Source: an uncultured virus (IMG/VR IMGVR_UViG_3300010158_000053)
Taxonomy: Duplodnaviria > Heunggongvirae > Uroviricota > Caudoviricetes
IMG/VR virus record: IMGVR_UViG_3300010158_000053
Span: 56,711-76,710 of that record
Length of the DNA stretch: 20,000 nucleotides
Reading direction: 5' to 3' (one strand)
The notes under the pieces were generated by a model. That model did no database searches. It worked only from the letters and a program-made list of their open reading frames with translations, and was not told the DNA's origin. This document shows positions 7,298-14,720 of the stretch, piece after piece (position 1 is the first letter of the stretch; each line of letters opens with the position of its first letter). Made by a program: the position numbers and the translations under genes.

Positions 7298-8053
7298 TTA
7301 TGATACATTCTTTATTGCGTGTATGGTACAAGCATACCGACAATCTTTGTGATTACTGGTATAGTCATCTAAATTTTTCATGGTTTGATAATGAATGCAT
7401 AAATTTTGAACGGTGTTCATTAACATAGGCAATCTAGATAGATTAAGTTTTTTTAAACCTTCAATCCAATGATCCATCGTATCTTGATAATAGTTTTCAA
7501 TCAGTGGATTTTTAAATTCTTTTACTGTAAAACCTGCTGATTCAATTTCTGAAAAAAATTGATCCTTACTTCTACATTTCCCGTACCAAGCTGGCAATGC
7601 CCTACTCCCATCAACATCTACAGTAAAATCTTTGATTATAATTTGATCAACATTATTTTGTAAGTTTTTCAAAACTTGATCACCGTGTTCCAAGTGAAAA
7701 TAGCTTTCGAAAAATATAGCCACGTCGTAATGCTGATCAGATTTAAAATTGTGTAGATCAGCGTGATATGTAGGAAAAAATTGATTAGAGTAGTCTGCTT
7801 GGACTTTGGAAATAGTTACTCCAGTTACATCACAATTTAATTGTTCCTGGAACATTCTTCCCGGACCTCCCCACCCACAACCACAATCTAATACCTTTGA
7901 TCCTTTTTTAATATAAGGAAATATATCAATTACTGCTTGATCAAAAGGATTAGCCGACTGACTTTGAGCTCCCCAATGAAAGTGGGCTTTTTCGCCAAAC
8001 ACAGTTTTGGCCATTTCAGGAGTGATTGAAGAATAAAAATCATCTAAAAACAT
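7298..8053 (-). CDS. Class I SAM-dependent methyltransferase
   Basis: VLDCGCGWGG motif I, VTGVTIS-x2-Q and HFHWG; resembles CMAS/tocopherol-MT-like enzymes. AT-rich. Confidence 0.88.
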   Translation of the reverse strand: MFLDDFYSSITPEMAKTVFGEKAHFHWGAQSQSANPFDQAVIDIFPYIKKGSKVLDCGCGWGGPGRMFQEQLNCDVTGVTISKVQADYSNQFFPTYHADLHNFKSDQHYDVAIFFESYFHLEHGDQVLKNLQNNVDQIIIKDFTVDVDGSRALPAWYGKCRSKDQFFSEIESAGFTVKEFKNPLIENYYQDTMDHWIEGLKKLNLSRLPMLMNTVQNLCIHYQTMKNLDDYTSNHKDCRYACTIHAIKNVS

Positions 8054-8072
8054 AGCATCTGGTAGATGTTAA

Positions 8073-8146
8073 TGGATGCGGGTGACAGATTCGAACTGCC
8101 GATGCACCTGGCTTATGAGACCGGTGTGGTGACCACCCTACCCGCT
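8073..8146 (-). tRNA. tRNA with CAU anticodon (initiator-like Met)
   Basis: Loop CTCATAA; A1xA72 mismatch; very short D arm; encoded CCA. Confidence 0.8.
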
Positions 8147-8152
8147 GTATAT

Positions 8153-8719
8153 TTATACCAACTGTTCTGCTTGTAGCAGTGCAACAGTTTCAGCACTCAA
8201 TTCAATTTCAGTGCGAACATTAAGTTCCAACACCTTGTCGTTGATTGTTTGCTTTTGTTTCTTCAAGTCACGCATTGCTGCCTTGTAACCTTCAATTTGT
8301 TCTGCTGTTAGAACACCAGTATCAACAGTGTCAGCATAGCCATACATACGGCTAGTCTTTTCTTGTGTGCGGATCTTTTCCAACTTGCCGTCGATAACTG
8401 CATCAGTCTCAACTACCTTGCTGTCAGTCAACACCTTCAATTGTACCAAACGCTTGTCAACGTATGCGGCATCTGCCAGCAAATCGCTAACACCAGACTC
8501 AACATTGGCACGACCAACTTGAGCACGAATGCCATACAGGGTCTTGGTCAAGGCAGCACGTTTACCATCATTAGTAACTAATGTGTTACGGGCGGTTACC
8601 AACTCAACAGAAGGAGTTTGAAACTCGTTCAATGAAACTGTGGCAGTGACTTCGATAGTCTTGATGTGTTCTTGGATTGTGTTTTGTAGAGCGTTTGCTT
8701 TGCGAAGTGTTAATTTCAT
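8153..8719 (-). CDS. Hypothetical coiled-coil protein (188 aa)
   Basis: Long helical ORF with SD GAAAGGAA. Confidence 0.85.
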   Translation of the reverse strand: MKLTLRKANALQNTIQEHIKTIEVTATVSLNEFQTPSVELVTARNTLVTNDGKRAALTKTLYGIRAQVGRANVESGVSDLLADAAYVDKRLVQLKVLTDSKVVETDAVIDGKLEKIRTQEKTSRMYGYADTVDTGVLTAEQIEGYKAAMRDLKKQKQTINDKVLELNVRTEIELSAETVALLQAEQLV

Positions 8720-8748
8720 AATCGAGTTCCTTTCATTTGATTTAAAAT

Positions 8749-8987
8749 ACAGTGAGCGTATGGCAAGTTAATTGCAGGACAATGTGCAATTGACATTAGA
8801 CCAAGTTGGTTTTAAGGCAACCTTTACTAAAGCAAAAAACAATAAACAGTGGATCTAATATTTCCGAGCATCAATAAACAAAGCAATTAAGCCAATTCAT
8901 CTCGGTACACTAAATCGCGGAGTTGTTTCCAATATACTTTTTAAGAGTAGATTGATAGGCAATCTCTCATCTCCACACACTCACAGT
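8749..8987 (-). ncRNA. Structured leader/ncRNA closed by a long stem, with U-rich repeats
   Basis: GTGAGTGTGTGG pairs with CCATACGCTCAC; internal repeats of TGTTTATTG and TTGCTTT; no ORF. Confidence 0.5.
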
Positions 8988-9109
8988 CAAGTTTTGAGAA
9001 AACTTGCAAAACGAATTTATATTGAAGCACACTTATGACGTTTCTAATCACAGCGGTGTCACTGCCTTAATATCTACACTATGTATAAATTAAATGTACT
9101 TTAATATAA

Positions 9110-10003
9110 TGGAGGACTGAGAATACATCCTTACCGAACAACACCTCGGACATTATTGTAAACCTTGCGAGTCTACTTTCTTCCGACTTCCACTAAGCCC
9201 TATTGCTAGGTATCCTAGTCTGTTGTCAACATCGCCGTTTTTAGTGACAGGCAGTAGTCACGTCGCCGTATGCTATTCTACACTTTCCATTCCGTTGACC
9301 TTGCGAGCCATTCAAGTGCGCTAACACCTTACGAAACATCCTGTATAAACTAATCTCACCTTGCGAGTTTAATTAGACTTAGTTCTCTTACGAGCCAAGT
9401 ATTAGATGTCTTTCACATACGACCGAGTCAGTCTTTGCATTTTATATAAGGTTGGATTTGAACCAACAGCCTATTCCTTAAAAGGGAATTGCACTACCAT
9501 TGTGCTACTGTAAACCTACTGCGATGTGCTGACTCAGTTGCTACATAATCTTTTGGACTACATAATACAACACACCACGTACCTTTTGTCTTGCGAACTA
9601 CTCAGTCGTCTTTTGCGATCTGTGTCGACCCCGCCATTGCTGACAGCCTCCACTAACCACTCAAACTGCATACAAGCCCTTAGGTGCAACCCTTCGGACA
9701 AATACACTACCCTTTCTCATACTAATTAACTGGACTGGTTTAGTTGTGAAGTCAGCACCACCTGTTACTTTCCATCTACTCAAGTTCCCCTTGCGGGCTT
9801 GTAAGCAAAGGTTCTTTCCACAACATCCAGCGTCATTGTTACAACCACCGGTCTTATCAGTGATCGCTGTCTCGCGACAGTGAGCAGGCTTGTCTAAACG
9901 AACTATTACTAGCGGAGTTATGTAGGCATACCTCCTTTGGCTGTGTCACCACAGTTATTCTTCGTCGACGGCGAACCGCCTACAGGATATTAAACTACCC
10001 TTA
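9110..10003 (-). ncRNA. Giant structured RNA, probably GOLLD-like (boundaries approximate)
   Basis: About 900 nt without a credible ORF; many GCAA/GNRA-capped hairpins (repeated CTCGCAAGG); embedded tRNA-like domain; phage tRNA-cluster context; ends ...TTCTCAGTCCTCCA. Confidence 0.65.
9443..9516 (-). other. tRNA-Lys(UUU)-like domain without a proper acceptor stem, embedded in the giant RNA
   Basis: D arm GCAC-AATGGTA-GTGC, anticodon arm ATTCC-CTTTTAA-GGAAT, T arm GTTGG-TTCAAAT-CCAAC; no CCA. Confidence 0.75.
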
Positions 10004-10005
10004 AA

Positions 10006-10119
10006 TTCTTATACAACTGCACACCTACAGGATTTGAACCTGTGGACATTGCCAATAGACAATGCTATGCTCTAACCATATCAGCGTGGCCTACGCCTTA
10101 GTGGGCAGTTGTATAAGAA
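10006..10119 (-). repeat. 15-bp inverted-repeat cassette enclosing a degenerate tRNA-like element
   Basis: TTCTTATACAACTGC/GCAGTTGTATAAGAA; contains T arm ACAGG-TTCAAAT-CCTGT and TGGTTAGAGCA. Confidence 0.7.
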
Positions 10120-10176
10120 CTTCTTATACTCGATTTTTTAAAGAACGTATACGCTAATTGCTTAGTGTATGTATAT

Positions 10177-10205
10177 ATTGTAGCAAACTTCTTACTGTTT
10201 GTCAA
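10177..10205 (-). promoter_or_regulatory. sigma70-type promoter TTGACA-N17-TACAAT upstream of the giant RNA
   Basis: Near consensus. Confidence 0.85.
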
Positions 10206-10426
10206 CACTTTTTTAAAAATATTTTAAAATAAATGCTCTGCATCCCCCGGCGGTAATTATAGTACATCAGACCTTTGGAGTCATCACACGTACCTTCCAC
10301 CCGCTCCCCGACAGGGACCGTTCTCGCATTGCTAGCGGCCTTTTGGTAAGAAGACTACCACCCTTGCTTATCACAGCACTTCTCATCGTACGGGTCATAC
10401 TATCTGCTGATTAGACAGAACGTTCT

Positions 10427-10503
10427 TGGTCGGAGTACAAGGATTCGAACCTTGGGCCCCTGCGTCCCAAACGCAGTGCTCTACCAGACTGAGCTACACT
10501 CCG
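10427..10503 (-). tRNA. tRNA-Pro(UGG)
   Basis: Canonical cloverleaf, loop TTTGGGA, CCA. Confidence 0.95.
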
Positions 10504-10510
10504 AATAAAC

Positions 10511-10585
10511 TGGTACGTCGTGACGGGATCGAACCGCCGACAGCCACCGTGTAAGGATGGAGTTCTACCGCTGAACTAACGACGC
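10511..10585 (-). tRNA. tRNA-Val(UAC)
   Basis: Cloverleaf, loop CTTACAC, CCA. Confidence 0.95.
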
Positions 10586-10592
10586 AAAAATC

Positions 10593-11105
10593 TTACTTAA
10601 CTTGTTCTACTATTATACCTGACTTCTCAAGGAATGTCAAGCCTGAATCATCTCTATAATTTTCATTATAATAAACGTTACTAATGCCAGACTGTAAAAT
10701 AAGTTTAGCACACTGAATACAAGGACTGTGAGTAACGAATAAGGTTGCCCCCAATCCGGACTCACCACACTTAGCCAATTTCGCAATCGCGTTTGATTCA
10801 GCATGTAATACCTCTGGTTTAGTTTTTAATCCGTAACGTACATCACGTTGAGCACCTTCGTGCCAACCTTCATATGGATACTTGGCATCAAACTCTTCTG
10901 GATCTAACCAGCCACCTGCACCACTATCCCATACTTGGTCTTCACAGTTGTTATCCCAACCTGCGGGCATACCATTGTAACCAATGCTAATGATGCGATC
11001 ATCTTTGACTACAATAGCACCAACTTTTAGTCTACGAGCGTGGCTAAGTTCTGCGAACCGCCGGGCTGTATCCATGAATGCTTGCTTAAACTTTTCTTTC
11101 ATCAT
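10593..11105 (-). CDS. dCMP deaminase
   Basis: KVGAIVV, IISIGYNG, HAE and SPCxxC zinc-deaminase motifs. Confidence 0.93.
   Translation of the reverse strand: MMKEKFKQAFMDTARRFAELSHARRLKVGAIVVKDDRIISIGYNGMPAGWDNNCEDQVWDSGAGGWLDPEEFDAKYPYEGWHEGAQRDVRYGLKTKPEVLHAESNAIAKLAKCGESGLGATLFVTHSPCIQCAKLILQSGISNVYYNENYRDDSGLTFLEKSGIIVEQVK
10612..10640 (-). promoter_or_regulatory. sigma70 promoter TTGACA-N17-TATAAT inside the 3' end of dCMP deaminase, driving tRNA-Val/Pro
   Basis: Perfect consensus. Confidence 0.85.
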
Positions 11106-11120
11106 TACCTATCTTAATCT

Positions 11121-11194
11121 TGGAGCGGGATAAGAGAATCGAACTCTTGACCGAAGATTGGAAATCTGCTGTTTTACCATTAAACTAATCCCGC
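11121..11194 (-). tRNA. tRNA-Gly(UCC)
   Basis: Cloverleaf, loop TTTCCAA, ends TCCA. Confidence 0.93.
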
Positions 11195-11540
11195 ATACTT
11201 TATTATAACACACTAACGACAAATGTTCACCTGCTTTGACTAAGTCGACCCACAGGCACCTTTAAAGACGATTTGGGCAGTATTGCTACTACTGGGATGA
11301 AGTCCGCATAGTCAATGCATTATAATAAAGTGTCCAGCTACTCTCACCACAAGAGCCCTGAACTGGGTGGTTGCCCCGTCCATAACATTTCTTCTTCTGG
11401 AAAGGCGTTAGTCCTCACCCAATGCGTTCTAGTATCCCTTAAATGGGGAACTAATGGTCAATGCACTGCACACCCGGCGCTCTCTATGGTGACTGCCCCA
11501 CCCACTTTTATAACGGTAAAAGTGTAAACCGGGTTTCCCT

Positions 11541-11614
11541 TGGTGCCCCACGACAGAATCGAACTGCCATCACAGGATTACAAAACCAGTGTACTACCAT
11601 TGTACTAGTAGGGC
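11541..11614 (-). tRNA. tRNA-Thr(UGU)
   Basis: Cloverleaf, loop TTTGTAA, weak anticodon stem, CCA. Confidence 0.88.
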
Positions 11615-11619
11615 CGTGT

Positions 11620-11790
11620 TTAAATCAAATCATTCTTAGGAATAACATTAGATTCATATACAGCAAGTGCTTGACGGAATTCGTCTTCACCTAGTGCGTG
11701 CCAACCAATGCATACGCCCAATGGGCTACGACCGCAACCACACTTTTTAGCAGTGGGTTCTACCTGTTCTACTTGAATTTCTTCTGACAT
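11620..11790 (-). CDS. Small CDGSH-like Fe-S/zinc-binding protein
   Basis: CGCGRSPLGVCIGWH resembles the CxCxxSxxxPxCDGSH motif; start reassigned to ATG 11790 after SD AAGGAA. Confidence 0.65.
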   Translation of the reverse strand: MSEEIQVEQVEPTAKKCGCGRSPLGVCIGWHALGEDEFRQALAVYESNVIPKNDLI

Positions 11791-11791
11791 A

Positions 11792-11977
11792 TTATTCCTT
11801 ATTGCTATCATTAGTTGATGTTACCCAACTAATTTTACTTTCTTGTTTTTCAATTTCTGGCAATGGGGGAGGAACATATTGTGGTTTCTTAAGTTTCTCT
11901 CCAAAAATTGCATCAAACTTATTACCAAGTTCTTCTTGGCTAACACTAAATGGTCGTGGTCGACTGCCCTTACTCAT
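11792..11977 (-). CDS. Small phage hypothetical protein (MSKGSRPRP type)
   Basis: ATGA overlap with the rpoZ-like gene; upstream GAGGAAAG. Confidence 0.75.
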   Translation of the reverse strand: MSKGSRPRPFSVSQEELGNKFDAIFGEKLKKPQYVPPPLPEIEKQESKISWVTSTNDSNKE

Positions 11978-12201
11978 CGTACTTTCCTCAAATATTCAAT
12001 ACCAACTTTGCCATTTTCAATTTCCTTAAGAGCAGTAACAATAGCGGAACTGTTGTTGTTATTGTCCACTAGAGGACGACTGCCACGTTTCAATTCACGA
12101 GTGCGAATTGCCGCAACAAGAACAAGATCAAAACGATTACCAATCATCTCAACACATTTTTCAGTGTCGTTCATTGTGCGGACCAATTTAGGTTGAATCA
12201 T
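11974..12201 (-). CDS. rpoZ: RNA polymerase omega subunit homolog
   Basis: IGNRFDLVLVAAIRTREL..G..PLV and VTALKEIENGKV match the conserved omega regions. Confidence 0.88.
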   Translation of the reverse strand: MIQPKLVRTMNDTEKCVEMIGNRFDLVLVAAIRTRELKRGSRPLVDNNNNSSAIVTALKEIENGKVGIEYLRKVR

Positions 12202-12232
12202 AAGTACTTTCTATAAATGTTAAACAAAATTG

Positions 12233-12315
12233 TGGTGCGCCGGGAGAGACTCGAACTCTCACGCACTAGGCACTGGCTTCTAAGACCAGCGTGTCTACCA
12301 TTCCACCACCAGCGC
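12233..12315 (-). tRNA. tRNA-Leu(UAG)
   Basis: Type II cloverleaf, loop CTTAGAA, CCA. Confidence 0.95.
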
Positions 12316-12334
12316 AAATACTAACTAAAAAACT

Positions 12335-12363
12335 ATTATAACACAATATTTATTGTGCGTCAA
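12335..12363 (-). promoter_or_regulatory. sigma70-type promoter TTGACG-N17-TATAAT
   Basis: Near consensus; palindromic spacer containing TAAATA. Confidence 0.82.
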
Positions 12364-12619
12364 TAGCAAGAACGAAATAATGAATTTGTAGTCTAGTGTC
12401 CTCAGGTTTATCACTAGTGTTTAGACGTACAGAGCCGGACTTCCTTACGTCGAGTTCTTCCAGGACTTGTTACTTGGGATACCGGTCCAGCGTGGATTCC
12501 ATCTATCGCCGGTCCCACTCAAGCGACCAGCCGGGCATCGAACCCGCTTGCCTTCTACTATACAGTACCTTCGAAGAATACCGTATAGCGTGACATTCTC
12601 TTGCTAACACTACAAAACT

Positions 12620-12711
12620 TGGTACCAGCGGTGGGAATCGGACCCACTCAAGAACGCTAATCTGGCGCTAAAAGGCTTATAAGACCTCTCTGACTTCCAA
12701 GTCTCGCTGGC
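12620..12711 (-). tRNA. Atypical tRNA-Ile(UAU) with long variable arm
   Basis: Acceptor GCCAGCG/CGCTGGT-ACCA, loop CTTATAA, short D arm, T loop TCCGATT. Confidence 0.75.
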
Positions 12712-12724
12712 AATAAAAACTATA

Positions 12725-12801
12725 TGGCGTCCCGTAGAGGAGTCGAACCTCTGTGAATATCCCGAAAAGGATACTATCCTTGGCCACTAGATGAACGGGA
12801 C
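12725..12801 (-). tRNA. tRNA-Glu-like with irregular (8-nt) anticodon loop
   Basis: Glu-type body GTCCCGTTCATCTAGTGGCC...ACGGGACGCCA; anticodon arm GTATC-CTTTTCGG-GATAT. Confidence 0.75.
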
Positions 12802-12939
12802 AAATAAAATGTTAGGTGTGCTTTTACGCTAAAAGGGATGTCGGCCTTACCAGTTACGGGGTACCTAATACTTCCTGTATTACATACAGGCCCTACTCCT
12901 TAGAGGATGGACACCTTTAATCCCACCTTCCTAACTAAA

Positions 12940-13020
12940 ACCATATATAAACACACTCAACCTTCCACCCTTGATTCGCTACTGCTACTAGGGGCGTGTT
13001 TTAATGTGTTTATATATGGT
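12940..13020 (-). repeat. 16-bp perfect inverted-repeat cassette (ACCATATATAAACACA/TGTGTTTATATATGGT)
   Basis: Read directly; the same arms recur at 19514-19609 and 19759-19839. Confidence 0.9.
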
Positions 13021-13100
13021 GCGAGAGACGGGACTCGAACCCGTATGCCTTTCAGCGGCAGATTTTAAGTCTGCTGTGTATACCATTCCACCACTCTCGC
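13017..13100 (-). tRNA. tRNA-Leu(UAA)
   Basis: Type II cloverleaf, loop CTTAAAA, CCA. Confidence 0.95.
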
Positions 13101-13166
13101 AAAATTTACTATATCTTTTTAAAGAACTTGTTAGCAGCCAACTCCATCATTTGCTGCTATGTATTA

Positions 13167-13195
13167 ATTATAGCATCATTTAGTTGCTATGTCAA
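13167..13195 (-). promoter_or_regulatory. sigma70 promoter TTGACA-N17-TATAAT overlapping the radical SAM stop codon
   Basis: Perfect consensus. Confidence 0.88.
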
Positions 13196-14720
13196 GAGCC
13201 AAAGACTCGCGATATATGGAATCTGGTAATCCCTGTCCCATACTATGCTCAAACTTTACTGCTACACCACCTGGATTAAAAGGAATGTTTAATGCTGCTC
13301 GAACGTCTTTTTCTACTAGGTCGCGAAGTTCCACAATCTTTTTGGCACTCAAATTGTCAGTAAACACATAGGCAGTGTAACCACCATTAGGGTCGCCTTT
13401 GTAGTAATCGGCCGTTACAGTATGATCTAATTCATAAGAGTGTAACTTGTCGCCTGTTTTACGATGCGTGTATGTCCAAACACCTTTTTCTACTGGATCA
13501 GGTACTGCTAGGTCATAGTATGGGGTGCCTGGATATGTAGTGATCACTGTACAATCAAAGTCATCAATTTTCATTTTGATCAGCCAGTCACGAATACACA
13601 TAATACTTTCTTCGCTTTCACCAGGATGACCAACACTCATCAATGCTTTGACTTTTAGTCCATACTTGTGAGCAATTTCAACAACACGAGTATTGTCTTC
13701 CAGTGTGGCCATCTTGTCAATGTTGATCAGCATACGAGGGTCAGCGGATTCAAATCCGCTCAGTATCCATCGGAAACCAGCTCTGTACATTGCTTCCGCT
13801 TGTTCTTCAGTAAACAATTCTGCTTTAATAAATCCACGTAGTCTAAACTCGACACCTAATTCCTGTTGCAAGTCATAAATGTCGTTCATCAATTTGACAA
13901 AACTTTTATTGACGTTTAGTTCATCATCATAAAACATAAAACCAGTATAACCATATGTTTCATATAACCAACGCACTTCGTCAACAATGCTCCATTCACT
14001 GCGGGTGCGAATAATACGTAGGCTTCTACTATTTCGTCCTCCACAAAAACCGCAGTTAAATGGACATCCCAACTGTGCAATCAAACTTGTTGCGGGGAAC
14101 CCTTCAATGCTGTAATGATACGTATTCAAATCAACCAAATGTCTTGCAGGGCGGGGAAGTTCTTCATACTGTTCATTAGACATAAAGAAATCACCACGCA
14201 TATCGTCACCGTCTACCATTTTAGGACAATCAGATTTGAAACATTCGAATACTGCTAGTTCTCCATCTCCTGATACCAATACATCAAAATAACTTTCAAG
14301 TAATCTCGCTGCTTTACGAGCACGACCATCAATTACTCCGGCTTTTTCTTCTACCTTAACTGCGCTGTAAGTTAGTGTAACGTGCGGGCCTCCAAGCACA
14401 ATACGTAGATTAGGCCGTATTTTTCTAATACGGGTAGCTACCCTTACTGCTGCTGGCAATTGTGGAGTAGTGCAGGTAATACCAATCCACTCGATGTCTG
14501 CTGTTTCAACGTAACTATCAAGTGCTTCCAAATAGTTACTTACACCACTGAGATCTACAACACCAACATCAACTCCTTGTTGTTCAAGGCTAGCAGCAAC
14601 TCGCAAAATTCCTAGACTTACAAAGACACGTTCGTCAAGCAGAAAGGGACTAGGCGGGATGATTAGTCCCACCCGACGGCCACCAAAATTAAGTTTCTTC
14701 TTTAATTGAATAGTTGTCAT
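13176..14720 (-). CDS. Cobalamin (B12)-binding radical SAM enzyme
   Basis: N-terminal B12 domain (SLGILRVAASL, IGIT, VLGGPHVT, GDGE); CPFNCGFC CxxxCxxC motif; FYDDELN, GFES, YPGTPYY. Confidence 0.92.
   Translation of the reverse strand: MTTIQLKKKLNFGGRRVGLIIPPSPFLLDERVFVSLGILRVAASLEQQGVDVGVVDLSGVSNYLEALDSYVETADIEWIGITCTTPQLPAAVRVATRIRKIRPNLRIVLGGPHVTLTYSAVKVEEKAGVIDGRARKAARLLESYFDVLVSGDGELAVFECFKSDCPKMVDGDDMRGDFFMSNEQYEELPRPARHLVDLNTYHYSIEGFPATSLIAQLGCPFNCGFCGGRNSRSLRIIRTRSEWSIVDEVRWLYETYGYTGFMFYDDELNVNKSFVKLMNDIYDLQQELGVEFRLRGFIKAELFTEEQAEAMYRAGFRWILSGFESADPRMLINIDKMATLEDNTRVVEIAHKYGLKVKALMSVGHPGESEESIMCIRDWLIKMKIDDFDCTVITTYPGTPYYDLAVPDPVEKGVWTYTHRKTGDKLHSYELDHTVTADYYKGDPNGGYTAYVFTDNLSAKKIVELRDLVEKDVRAALNIPFNPGGVAVKFEHSMGQGLPDSIYRESLALDIATK

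Noticed and set aside
9526..12593. Short plus-strand ORFs 9526..9729, 11315..11527, 11461..11694 and 12396..12593
   Set aside because: Antisense to structured RNAs or tRNAs, with weak starts and no coding signature.
12385..12616. Identification as SRP RNA or 6S RNA
   Set aside because: No SRP helix-8 CAGG..GGAA..AGCA motif, and the fold is multibranched rather than a long rod with a central bubble.
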